This document shows, piece by piece, positions 15,904 through 25,347 of a stretch of 45,580 bases of DNA. The stretch comes from a virus. Taxonomy: Duplodnaviria; Caudoviricetes. A program made the translations under genes and the position numbers. The first letter of the stretch is position 1; every line of letters starts with the position of its first letter. The stretch spans positions 1 to 45,580 of the IMG/VR virus record IMGVR_UViG_3300049730_000057. One strand, written 5' to 3'. Under the pieces are notes generated by a model that worked only from the letters and a program-made list of their open reading frames with translations, was not told the DNA's origin and searched no databases.

Positions 15904-16149
15904 ATGGGTCGCACCAGCAAGACCGTCAAGTTTATCTTCCACAGCTCCCTGCGTCACAGCTCTGAGGTGGAGGAGTTGGAGGCCAAGGGGCACACTGTGT
16001 GCCAGATGACCGATGAGCAGGAGCAGCACATGTTTCTGGGCCCCAACTGTTGGCGCATGACCCTCAGTCAGATCGCCTACCTGGACCTGGCACTCAAGGA
16101 AGCTCGCAAGAGCATGTACCCCAAAGAGGCTCATGACAATGATGCCTAG
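15904..16149 (+). CDS. Hypothetical protein
   Basis: 81-aa ORF abutting the upstream stop. Confidence 0.65.
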   Translation: MGRTSKTVKFIFHSSLRHSSEVEELEAKGHTVCQMTDEQEQHMFLGPNCWRMTLSQIAYLDLALKEARKSMYPKEAHDNDA

Positions 16150-16262
16150 ACTTCGCGCGCTGGTCGACCTGACTCTTGTTGCCTGTGCCTTGACCGTCAC
16201 CATCGTCGTGGTGGCCAAGGTCGTGAGTGATCCTGCTCCCATCACCATTGTGTGTCCCAGTC

Positions 16263-16484
16263 ATGAATGAGATTCACTTCAACGTCATCACCAAAGACGG
16301 CTCCACCTACACCCTCTCAGCCATCGATATCCTGACAGCCTACGTCACCAACATCATGCGCTTGTCCATGGACCCGGAGTCAGCCCAGATGCCCCTCCGG
16401 GAGTCTGCTATACGCGCAGAGGAAGCCCTGCACTGGCTCAATATCGCGACCAAGGTCTTGAATATGCCTGATGCCCCTGCCTAG
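16263..16484 (+). CDS. Hypothetical protein with weak Acb2/Tad1-like helical motif
   Basis: RESAIRAEEALHWLN. Confidence 0.45.
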   Translation: MNEIHFNVITKDGSTYTLSAIDILTAYVTNIMRLSMDPESAQMPLRESAIRAEEALHWLNIATKVLNMPDAPA

Positions 16485-16495
16485 GAGAGCCTGTC

Positions 16496-16822
16496 ATGAC
16501 GCATCAAGAGCGAATTGAGAAGTATGGAGAGTCGAGTCTGTATGCCCCCCGCCGAGCCGACAACAGGGTGAAGTGGACCCTGGAGACGGTGGCTCGGTTT
16601 GTTGATCGCTGGGATCACGGGATGCCGGTCATCGAGCTGGCTAGGGTCTTTGACCTGAAGAACCCCCGCTCAGTCCGCAACATCGTGCGCTGGTTGCGGG
16701 GGAAAGGCATTGAGCTGGCCCAGCGGGAGCCTGGCCCTGACATAGGGTGGGAGACAGGGGGTTATGCGGAGTCTTCGGTCTACAAGCGTAACGGGAAGTA
16801 TATCCGCCAGTGGAGGCCATGA
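16496..16822 (+). CDS. HTH-like DNA-binding protein
   Basis: KWT.E...GMPVIELARVF....RSVRNIVRWLR..GI.L; AGGAG RBS. Confidence 0.6.
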   Translation: MTHQERIEKYGESSLYAPRRADNRVKWTLETVARFVDRWDHGMPVIELARVFDLKNPRSVRNIVRWLRGKGIELAQREPGPDIGWETGGYAESSVYKRNGKYIRQWRP

Positions 16823-17073
16823 CATGCATCTGTGGGGGGCTGCTGTACAGCGTCAACATTGTCTTCAACTCAGGCTTCGGGGATCAGGTCCCCAGTTCCC
16901 CATGGTGTTCTCGGGAGTGTCTCGATGAGAAGGAAGAAGGCTACTGGCGGCACTGGGGTGCCATCAACCGAGCCCTCTGTGATTATGTCCACCGGCAGAA
17001 GGTCCCCGATGTCGTGGCCGGTGTCGCTCAGCATGTGCCCATGTTGTGGTATGGCGAAGACCCAAGTGATTAG
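16819..17073 (+). CDS. Zn-binding hypothetical protein
   Basis: CxC...WCSxxC. Confidence 0.55.
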   Translation: MTCICGGLLYSVNIVFNSGFGDQVPSSPWCSRECLDEKEEGYWRHWGAINRALCDYVHRQKVPDVVAGVAQHVPMLWYGEDPSD

Positions 17074-17485
17074 GACGACAGGGGCGGTGGAGCCTGTGTG
17101 CGTCTGCTGTGACCTGGACTCTGTGACCAGGCCTGACTGCCCCCATAAGGAGGGCCACAGTGCCAGCGAAAGACGGCAACCTCAAATATCAGAAGTCATA
17201 CGAGAAGAGCGAGAAGGGCAAGGCCACGCGCCACAGGTACTACCTCAACAAGATACAGAGACAGCGTGACGGCATTCAGCCCTCAGCTGGTGCTGGGGAT
17301 GCCGGTGGCACGGCACCTCTATGTCGGGAGGGGTGAGCAGTGGATAGGCTCATGACAATCCATCCAGTCACCACACGGATCGGGAAGTGTGCCCGAAAGG
17401 GCCACAGGCCCCCTAACAGGTTCAAGGTATGCACGCGGTGCGGGAAAGAGGTCAGCCTGCTGGAGTGGCTGACTAGGAGGGCGCT

Positions 17486-17746
17486 GTGAGCAAGCCCCGC
17501 TTCTTCAAGTCATTCCATGGACAGGCTGTGAGCAGGCTTGAGTTGGGGCCTGCTGCACCGCCCCCTTTCCACAGGGGCTCAGTGAAGTGTGCGGTGGAGG
17601 GGTGCCGAGAGATGGTGTTTGTCACATGGGGCAGGAATCGGGCATGGAAGCGATGCATTCTGCATTCCCCTAATGGCCCAGCAATCCAGTCTGCCATTGC
17701 CAAACGTAAAGAGTACATTGCTGAGGTCATCAGGAGAACCTCATGA
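17486..17746 (+). CDS. Hypothetical protein
   Basis: AGGAGG RBS; C-x4-C...CxxH. Confidence 0.55.
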   Translation: MSKPRFFKSFHGQAVSRLELGPAAPPPFHRGSVKCAVEGCREMVFVTWGRNRAWKRCILHSPNGPAIQSAIAKRKEYIAEVIRRTS

Positions 17747-17955
17747 AAGCCACCCTCGAATTCACCCTGCCTGAAGAAGAAGATCTGCACCAACGAGCCA
17801 TTGACAGTCAGGACATGGCCACGACCCTGATGGACCTGTATCAGGCTCTGCGGACTCAGCTGAAGTACGGTGACCTGACCCCTGAGACACACAAGGCCCT
17901 GGATGCCATCTACAAGGACCTGAGCGAGAGTCTCTCGTGGTTGAGGCTTCTTTGA
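17743..17955 (+). CDS. Conserved-type phage hypothetical protein
   Basis: MKATLEFTLPEE...LRTQLKYG. Confidence 0.7.
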   Translation: MKATLEFTLPEEEDLHQRAIDSQDMATTLMDLYQALRTQLKYGDLTPETHKALDAIYKDLSESLSWLRLL

Positions 17956-18669
17956 ATGCTGTGGGCAATAGCCTCTGACTTCCAGTGCCCTTTCTGGGAC
18001 ATGTGGGCGGTGGACTTGTTCCTGGAGACCTGTTCAGCCCGCAAGGTTGATGGGGTCATCCTCGATGGTGACATCTTGGACTGCCCCCAGTTCTCAGACT
18101 TCGACAGGGACCCTCGCCGAGCCACCCGCTTCACCCATGACATTGAGCGGGTGTGCAATGAGCTGTTGAAGCCCTTGCACGGGGTCAAGAGGCTGATCTG
18201 GATCGATGGCAACCATGAAGACAGGCTGCTCAAGTACCTCGTGAGGAAGGCCCCTGAGCTGCTGGAGACCCACCCCACCATCCCTGACATGCTGGGTCTG
18301 GATGACATTGGCTGGGACTATCTGCCCTACAAGGACTACTACAAGCTGGGCCACCTGATCGTGACTCATGGCCAGACGTACCGCTCAGGTGTCCTGGCCT
18401 CTGTACGGGCAGAGATGCAGCGGTACGGGGGCTCAGTCTTGATGGGCCACACCCACAGGCTCGGGATGTTCTACCACACCGACCTGAGGGGCCCCCATGT
18501 GGGCTGTGAGAATGGACACATGAGTGACGTGAATCAGTTGACCTGGATCAAGCATCCTGATTGGCAGCAGGGCTTCTCTCTGGTCAAGGTCGAATCGAAT
18601 GGTCTCTTCCACATTCAGCAGCTTCCCCTGTTGGGGGAGCGCAGAAGCAAGCGGGTGGTGATGCTATGA
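17956..18669 (+). CDS. Calcineurin-like metallophosphoesterase
   Basis: SDFQ, GDILD, GNHE, HG, GHTH. Confidence 0.88.
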   Translation: MLWAIASDFQCPFWDMWAVDLFLETCSARKVDGVILDGDILDCPQFSDFDRDPRRATRFTHDIERVCNELLKPLHGVKRLIWIDGNHEDRLLKYLVRKAPELLETHPTIPDMLGLDDIGWDYLPYKDYYKLGHLIVTHGQTYRSGVLASVRAEMQRYGGSVLMGHTHRLGMFYHTDLRGPHVGCENGHMSDVNQLTWIKHPDWQQGFSLVKVESNGLFHIQQLPLLGERRSKRVVML

Positions 18670-19058
18670 ATCCTGGGTTGGTCAAGCGTCTCCGAGAACT
18701 GTGTGCTGAGCACGACAAGATGGAGCGAGAGATTCTGGTGCTGTGCCGCAAGTTCACCGATGCCGAGCTGGTGGAACTGGGGATGGCGTGTGCTCCCACC
18801 GTTGATGAGGCTGCTGATGCGCTGGTGGGGGGCATGCATAGTCAGGCCTGCGCTATACGCGCCCTCTACGCCCCGCTGGTGGAGGGGGTGGCGTATTGGG
18901 GAGAGGTGGCGGCCCGGGCGGTGAACGCCAATCACGCGCTGAACGCGGCGCACGCCCGCCTGCTCGCGGACTTCCGTTGGCTAGCGGCGGAACTCCGACT
19001 GACGTACTTCACGACCGCAGAGTGGCGCGAGCACATCGCCCCGCACCTCGAACCCTGA
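18666..19058 (+). CDS. Hypothetical protein
   Basis: ATGA overlap; 130 aa. Confidence 0.55.
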   Translation: MNPGLVKRLRELCAEHDKMEREILVLCRKFTDAELVELGMACAPTVDEAADALVGGMHSQACAIRALYAPLVEGVAYWGEVAARAVNANHALNAAHARLLADFRWLAAELRLTYFTTAEWREHIAPHLEP

Positions 19059-19125
19059 AGTAACGCACGGGGTCTGGCTGCAACCAGACCCCGTGGCCCT
19101 GAACCCACAACCCCTAAGGAGGCAG

Positions 19126-20523
19126 ATGATGTGGGCAGCTAAGCTTAGCACTTCTCTACTCTTTACCCTGCTCCTGGTCTCTCCAGCAGCCGCCGAGTGG
19201 GTCTTTATCCTCCCGCACATCCAGGACGTGTGTGAGGCAGACTTCGACGGCGACGGGCGGAAGGATAGCTTGTTGCTGAACAACGTGGACGGACTCAAGA
19301 CCATTCTCTTGAGCCGGGATGATGGTGGTGCCCCCTACTATCACAACGTCCAGTTTCAGGATCTCAACTGGCGCATCGTGGCCTGTGCTGACTTTACCGG
19401 TGATGGGGTGCCGGACACGTTGGAGCGGCATGCGTCTGGGGATGTGGCGATACGGCCCTATTATCAGGGGTGCTGGTGCTTCGGTGACCTGGTCTTCTGG
19501 CACGCGAACCCTGGTGATGGCTGGCGCATCCAGTCCGCAGCCGACAAGGATGGGAACGGCATCGCAGACATCATCTGGCGGGGGCCCAACTGGGAGCGAG
19601 GCATCTGGTACATGAGCGGGAGTTACGGGTATCCCTTCATCATGGCCCCCATATACATCCACAAGGGTGCCCACGCCCCTCAGGCGACGTGGCACGACGC
19701 CGCGCAGTTCACCGTGGTCTCAGCCCCCCTCGGAGGGGGCTCCATGGTGGTGCGGGGGCCGCAGTCTGACATTGTGATTGTGCGAGCCAACGGGGACGGT
19801 GGGGACTACTTCGAGGTTGCGGCAGCCCCGCCCCCAACTCCCACCGTGAGCCCTGGGGAGGCTGCCACCAACTTTGCTGACAGTGCCGTCCGCTCCCTGC
19901 ACGAGCTGGCCGGGGAAGCTGAGTCCCTCCGACAGATGACCACGGTGTGGAGCATGCTCTGGCATCGCTACGACACCCGAGCGAGCAAGGTCCGGGCTGG
20001 GAAGGTCAGCCTTATCTCCATCAATAGCTGGGTCCAGGGTATTCGGCTTCTCAAGCTTCAGCATCCTGGGAATGCTGCCGTGCATGCCCAACTCATCAGG
20101 GCTGAGGAAGCCCAGGCACTGGGTCGAGAGATCTTCGCAGGCATGGAGACGATGCTGGGGGGCCGCTCGGTCCCACCTATCCCCATCCCCCCGCTCCCTG
20201 TTACCTCGCCTCCGGTCCCCGTCCCACCCCCGCTCCAGGGCAACAGCATCGCTCAGCACCGAGCTGATGAGGCTGGGGTGACTACCTCACTGGACCCGAT
20301 GGTGGGGACGACCACGGTGAACGGCACCGTGCAACTCACCCAGCCCCTCCAGAACCCCAATCTTTCAGCGCCCCCCTTCACCCTCCCCAGCACCACCTAC
20401 AACCCCGTGTCGCTGGTGTCCATACCCCCACAATTCATGCCCAGTCAACTCGTACCTGTTGACCCGACCTACCCGCCACCACCCTACATCATTGACCTGT
20501 TTGCGCGTCCACCAGGCTTCTGA
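19126..20523 (+). CDS. Secreted FG-GAP/VCBS-repeat protein with Pro-rich tail
   Basis: Signal peptide; ADFDGDGRKD, ADFTGDGVPD, ADKDGNGIADIIWR repeats; TAAGGAGG RBS. Confidence 0.8.
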   Translation: MMWAAKLSTSLLFTLLLVSPAAAEWVFILPHIQDVCEADFDGDGRKDSLLLNNVDGLKTILLSRDDGGAPYYHNVQFQDLNWRIVACADFTGDGVPDTLERHASGDVAIRPYYQGCWCFGDLVFWHANPGDGWRIQSAADKDGNGIADIIWRGPNWERGIWYMSGSYGYPFIMAPIYIHKGAHAPQATWHDAAQFTVVSAPLGGGSMVVRGPQSDIVIVRANGDGGDYFEVAAAPPPTPTVSPGEAATNFADSAVRSLHELAGEAESLRQMTTVWSMLWHRYDTRASKVRAGKVSLISINSWVQGIRLLKLQHPGNAAVHAQLIRAEEAQALGREIFAGMETMLGGRSVPPIPIPPLPVTSPPVPVPPPLQGNSIAQHRADEAGVTTSLDPMVGTTTVNGTVQLTQPLQNPNLSAPPFTLPSTTYNPVSLVSIPPQFMPSQLVPVDPTYPPPPYIIDLFARPPGF

Positions 20524-21011
20524 GCACAGGGTGAGGGGAGGGTCAGCGCGTTGGGCTCTCAACAGTTCCATGGTGGCGTCCAGTCGATGCATCAGCTCTT
20601 GGTGACTGAGGGGAAGGGGCCTTGGATGCTCATCCATCACACTCAGACCCGTGTTGAGTATCTGGATGCAGAGGGCAATGGCGGGGAGGGTGGTCATGGT
20701 CAAGCAGGGTAGCACCTACCGCACCATGCTGCACGGCACCTGTCTGGTGGGGGGTCGGCACCCTGAGGGCTCTGATCTCTGGTTGGAGTGTCCCGTGGTG
20801 AAGGCAGCTGAGAGGGGGAGGAAAAGGGCTCTAGGTGTCCCCCTGAGGGCTCCTAGGATGCCTCAAAATAAGCCTAGGAGACCCCAGGAGCAGGTAAATA
20901 AGCCCACTGAGGGCTAGAGTACTCCCCAGGATGACCAGGGTCTCTGGCCAACAGTAGACCCTATCATCCTGCCCCACTCCAGGGCTCATGACATTGAGCC
21001 AGCACCACGTT

Positions 21012-21308
21012 CTACTGAACCACGTCAAAGCTTACCGAGCGGAAGACTGAGTCCCCCACCGCATCCGTAATCCTGATCTTGCTGGTCCATGAGCCCACCT
21101 GACTGCTTGCAGGAAGCTCATGGTTCAGGGTCCAGACCCCGATGGCGGCATTGGTCATGGCCTGGTCGGTCAGCTCTTCGGTACCGTCAGGCCTGAAGAC
21201 TGTCAGCCGCACATTGGAGGGGTTAGCCAGGATGTTATTCAAGGATGCGTCTCTCGTCTCCACCCTGAAGAAGAGCACATGGGGGGCGATGACTCTGAAG
21301 AGTGCCAT
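21012..21308 (-). CDS. Ig-like tail-associated protein
   Basis: V.LTV.RPDG...G.W......GSW pattern; follows the tail fibre gene. Confidence 0.6.
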   Translation of the reverse strand: MALFRVIAPHVLFFRVETRDASLNNILANPSNVRLTVFRPDGTEELTDQAMTNAAIGVWTLNHELPASSQVGSWTSKIRITDAVGDSVFRSVSFDVVQ

Positions 21309-24300
21309 CTACTCACCTCCATTGGGGACGGTGAAGCCATACACGTCAAGGAATGCTCCCCCGGTGGCGACGGTTGCGCCCCCAGAGTCCAGCCGATAGA
21401 GAATCTCTTGCTCTATGATGGCCCACTCCCCCACTGACCCCTCGACAAAGGTATTGGTGGTGTCAAGACACTGCACCCCAGCCGCCGCCATTTCCCCCAG
21501 CCCTCCAGGGACTTGGAGCCTGACGAACAGCGGGGCTGGTGCTCCAGCATTGATCCTGGCGAACACCACCGCGAGCAGGTGGGCGCGTCGAGTGAAGGGG
21601 GGCACCAAGCCAGAGAGATCAACAGCGGTGAAGGTCGTGGCGACCCCGTTCTCCAGGACTCTGAGGGAACTGGTAACGTTCGTCCCGTCATACATTCCCC
21701 TGGAGCCGTAATAGTTCATCCGCATCAGGTTGCCGCTGTTGTTCTTGCGGACTGAGCAGACATAGGTCCAGTAGGCGTACCCACTGGGAAGGTTGGGCCC
21801 ATCCTCGGGCTCATTCAGGCTAGAGATCGTAGCGAAGGTGTTGTCATCTTTCTGGATGTAATAGAAGTGAATCCAAGTGTTGTTGCCAAAGGCTCCTGAT
21901 TGATCTCGCCCACCCGCAACAGGCCCCGATGTGTTGATGTTGTTGGTGTCAAAGAGGGTCGGGAATCCATGCAGGTCAATGACCTTGATGATCCCGTTGC
22001 TGGGGTTCCGGGTGACGATGTAGTCCGCTCGCAGGTCAAACTGAGAGTTGGGGGTGGTGGGGTTGTTCATGCCCACAAACCCTTGGACCCTCGGAGTGCC
22101 GATCATTTCCACACTTCCTTCCAGTGAGGCAGCATTGCCGGTGAGGGTGTAGGTTCCAGGGTTGGCTGCCAGGATGTAGCCATGTCGCGTGGTGGCGGCC
22201 TGCCCGGTCAGGGTGTAGAGGTCGGGGTCAGCAGCCAGGCGACTGGTCTTCCTGAAGGTGGCCACGCTGCCGGTGATGTTGTAGGCCCCAGCGTCTGCCA
22301 GGAAGCCCTGGTTGGCGATCAAGCCAGCATCTCGGCCCGTCAGGGTGTACAGGCCAGGGTCAGCCGTGAGCCGCTTGCCCTTGAGCAGGTTCGCCACACT
22401 TCCTGTGAGGCTGTAGGCTCCAGGGTCAGCAGCGATCCTGCGCGCTGGTCTCAGGGTCGCCACAGACCCAGTCAGGGCATACGTGCCAGGGTCAGCTGGC
22501 ATCAGCTTGGTCTTGAGCAGGGCTGCCGGTGAGCCTGTGATGGCGTACAGCCCACTTTCTGCCAAGAAGCCAGAGTGCTCGAACAGGGCTGCATCGACCC
22601 CGGTGAGGGTGTACACCCCAGGATCAGCCAGGAAGCGGGTGGCCTTGAGCAGGTTGGCCACGGTCCCCGTCAGCGCATAGACCCCCGTCATTGCAGCCAG
22701 CACCCGGCCATGGATCAGGCTTGCTGGGCTCCCGGTGAGGCTGTAGGAGCCTGGGAGAGCCTCCACCGTGTTCCCTGATGGCCGGATGATGAGGCCCTGG
22801 TCGAAGGGCCCCAGCAGGTGCTGGATGGTCCAGCGGGGGGCCAGGCCATGAGCCAGCCGCCACTCAGGAACATAGGTCACGGAGTGGGTCAGGTCCCATC
22901 GAGACTCCACCCCGAAGGCCGAGAGGTGGGTGATCGAAGTCGTGACCAAGCCATGGGTCAGGTCTGCTGGGTAGCCGAAGAGGACATAGACCCCTGACTC
23001 AGCCAGCAGGACACGAGTCAGGGGGAAGAGGGCTGCTGCACCCGTGAGACTGTACACCCCTGGCTCTGCTGCAAGAGTAGAGGCCTTGGTCAGGGTTGCT
23101 GGAGAGCCGGTCAGAGCGTAGGTGCCAGGGTCAGCCGCGATGGTGAAGGCCCCGGGTTGGGTGTAGATCAGCTCAGCAGCACTGCCGGTCAGGGTGTACG
23201 AGCCAGGGTCAGCCGAGAGCCGGTAGCCAGCGAGCAGGTCAGCCGCTGTCCCGATCAGGTCATACGTACCAGGGTCAACCGAGAGGAGCCTGTCGGCTTC
23301 CAGCAGAGCGGCAGAGCCTGTGAGGGTGTAGGCTCCTGGGTCGGCTTCAATGGTGAAGGCCCCACCGTCCAGAGACTGCACATGAACGTGGGCAATGTAC
23401 GAGAAGCTGGCTTCGGCATCCGGGGTGCCGATACACAGGACGAGATTGGTCGCAGTGAGTTCGACATCAACCGCAACATTCAGCGTGGGCCAGTCTGTCG
23501 TGGACCGAGACACGTCAGAGGCATCAAAGAACTCATCGGCACTGAACCCAGCAGGGCGGTCAATGGTGATGACAGGGGTCCCAGAATCCCCACCATCAAG
23601 AATCTGGACGAATTGATAGGCAGAACCGAACTCTGCCGACCCAGCAGCAATCTTGATCCGATAGTTCCCAGGGGCTGGGACCGTGAGGGGGTAGAAGCCC
23701 TGCTCCCCAGTATTCTGAATCCAGCAGCTCCCAGCGAGACGGCGGTCAACGGTGTTGTCGCTATCACTGGCACCAACACTCGCGGTGCTCCAGAGACCCC
23801 CACCCCCGACCTGAACCTCATCGCCTTGGTCTTCGACAAAGGGCTCTTCAGCCCGGAAGTTATAGCCTTTGGAGTAGCCCCCGACAGGCGTGTAGGTGAG
23901 AGTGGCAGCGACCCCAGTGAGGGTGTAGACCCCGGTGACGGCTGCCAGCAGAGAGGTCTTGAGGAGGGAGGCCACCGACCCCGTGAGGCTGTAGCTGCCG
24001 GGGTCAGCGTCCAGGGTGAAGGCTCCACCAGTGGCCTCGGCAATCTCCAAGCCGATCATGGCCCAGCGGGTGACCGAGCCCCACGAGGCACTGGCGTCGT
24101 CGTCCGCTTGCCGGTACTGGGTTTCTAGGGAGGTCGCGGGGGCGGAGCCAACAACATCATGAATCTCTGTCCAGTTGGTGCGGTGAGTGACAGCCTGGGC
24201 ATTGTTGAGGCCCACACCAGCCAGGGCCAGGTTGCCTGCACTGCTGAAGGCTGCAAGGGTGACCGACGCAGAGGTCTGAGTGGTGTCGTTGGCATTGGTG

Positions 24301-24674
24301 GGGCTCTGGACGATGGGGCTGGAAAGGTTGGCCCCCGTCACCTCGAACAGGGACCAGCTGACCCCCGTCATGGCCTGGCCAGCATGATCGATGCTGATGG
24401 CACCAGCACCGGGGGAGGCCCCCGTGGCCCAGAAGACCGAGAGTTTGCGGTCGGGGGAGGCGATGGTGTTGTAGGTGGCGTTGGCAATAGGGGTCCATGT
24501 CAAGCCACTGCTAGTGATGGTGGGAGTGTTGGGGGCTGCTGCGGAGGTGGTGCTGACGACAAAGAGAAGCTGGAGGACATTGGCCGTGGGGGTGACCGAT
24601 GCCGTCGTGTAGGCCGTGGACTGGTTGGCGGTGCTGGTCCCTGAGGTGAGGGATGTGGGGGTGCCGACAGCCAT
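21309..24674 (-). CDS. Tail fibre / receptor-binding protein with 18 ~22-aa repeats
   Basis: Repeats (L/I)xAxPGxYxLTGxxAxL; C-terminal domain typical of fibres (GG.D.......W...Y). Confidence 0.8.
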   Translation of the reverse strand: MAVGTPTSLTSGTSTANQSTAYTTASVTPTANVLQLLFVVSTTSAAAPNTPTITSSGLTWTPIANATYNTIASPDRKLSVFWATGASPGAGAISIDHAGQAMTGVSWSLFEVTGANLSSPIVQSPTNANDTTQTSASVTLAAFSSAGNLALAGVGLNNAQAVTHRTNWTEIHDVVGSAPATSLETQYRQADDDASASWGSVTRWAMIGLEIAEATGGAFTLDADPGSYSLTGSVASLLKTSLLAAVTGVYTLTGVAATLTYTPVGGYSKGYNFRAEEPFVEDQGDEVQVGGGGLWSTASVGASDSDNTVDRRLAGSCWIQNTGEQGFYPLTVPAPGNYRIKIAAGSAEFGSAYQFVQILDGGDSGTPVITIDRPAGFSADEFFDASDVSRSTTDWPTLNVAVDVELTATNLVLCIGTPDAEASFSYIAHVHVQSLDGGAFTIEADPGAYTLTGSAALLEADRLLSVDPGTYDLIGTAADLLAGYRLSADPGSYTLTGSAAELIYTQPGAFTIAADPGTYALTGSPATLTKASTLAAEPGVYSLTGAAALFPLTRVLLAESGVYVLFGYPADLTHGLVTTSITHLSAFGVESRWDLTHSVTYVPEWRLAHGLAPRWTIQHLLGPFDQGLIIRPSGNTVEALPGSYSLTGSPASLIHGRVLAAMTGVYALTGTVANLLKATRFLADPGVYTLTGVDAALFEHSGFLAESGLYAITGSPAALLKTKLMPADPGTYALTGSVATLRPARRIAADPGAYSLTGSVANLLKGKRLTADPGLYTLTGRDAGLIANQGFLADAGAYNITGSVATFRKTSRLAADPDLYTLTGQAATTRHGYILAANPGTYTLTGNAASLEGSVEMIGTPRVQGFVGMNNPTTPNSQFDLRADYIVTRNPSNGIIKVIDLHGFPTLFDTNNINTSGPVAGGRDQSGAFGNNTWIHFYYIQKDDNTFATISSLNEPEDGPNLPSGYAYWTYVCSVRKNNSGNLMRMNYYGSRGMYDGTNVTSSLRVLENGVATTFTAVDLSGLVPPFTRRAHLLAVVFARINAGAPAPLFVRLQVPGGLGEMAAAGVQCLDTTNTFVEGSVGEWAIIEQEILYRLDSGGATVATGGAFLDVYGFTVPNGGE

Positions 24675-24717
24675 ACGTTACTCTGAGGGGATCACCCCCT
24701 GAGTTGATACCTCCGCG

Positions 24718-24903
24718 TTAGCCAAGCCTGAGCCCGATCTTCCCTGGCTCAGCGTTCAGGTGGAAGTGGCGGCAGCCACACCGGAGGCAGATGGATACCG
24801 AGTCGGCAATCCTCTCCGGTGCGCGCTGCCAGGGGCTGCGGTTGGCGGGGTTGGCGCAACAGGCCTTCATGAGGCCGATGTGGATGGGCTTCAGGGGCAC
24901 CAT
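24718..24903 (-). CDS. Small Cys-rich protein
   Basis: CC...CxxCGCRHF. Confidence 0.6.
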   Translation of the reverse strand: MVPLKPIHIGLMKACCANPANRSPWQRAPERIADSVSICLRCGCRHFHLNAEPGKIGLRLG

Positions 24904-24906
24904 GAG

Positions 24907-25329
24907 CTAGGCCAGGTCGAAGATTTTGTTGCTGCCGAAGTCGATGGTGAAGGTCTCACCACTGGCCAGGGTCAGAGCCGACCCGTAGTCCCACCAGTTT
25001 ATCAGGGGGTCAGCGGGCGAGGTGGGGGTGTCGTTGTAATCCACCACATACTGAAAGGGGCCCACCGACCCACCCGATGCGGTGATGACAATGTCCACCG
25101 CGTTCATGGTGGCGGTGCCGCCAGTCTCGCTGATGGTGTTCTGGGTGTCGTGCCCCCCAGCAGTGTAGCCGTTACCCCCAGAAATCTCTGCGAGATCAGC
25201 CTTCACCGCATCAGCGGAGGCACTGGGGACGGCGTTACTGAGGTAGGCCTTGACGAGTCCGGTGTGAAGGTTGTGGACCCCAACACAGAGGTCCTCTACG
25301 AATTGCTGAAACTTATTGTATGCAGCCAA
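24907..25329 (-). CDS. Tail/virion structural protein
   Basis: EISGGNGYTAGG...GPFQY.V.YNDT...LI.WWDYGS..TL.SGETF. Confidence 0.7.
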   Translation of the reverse strand: MAAYNKFQQFVEDLCVGVHNLHTGLVKAYLSNAVPSASADAVKADLAEISGGNGYTAGGHDTQNTISETGGTATMNAVDIVITASGGSVGPFQYVVDYNDTPTSPADPLINWWDYGSALTLASGETFTIDFGSNKIFDLA

Positions 25330-25347
25330 TTAGATCACATCTCCTTT

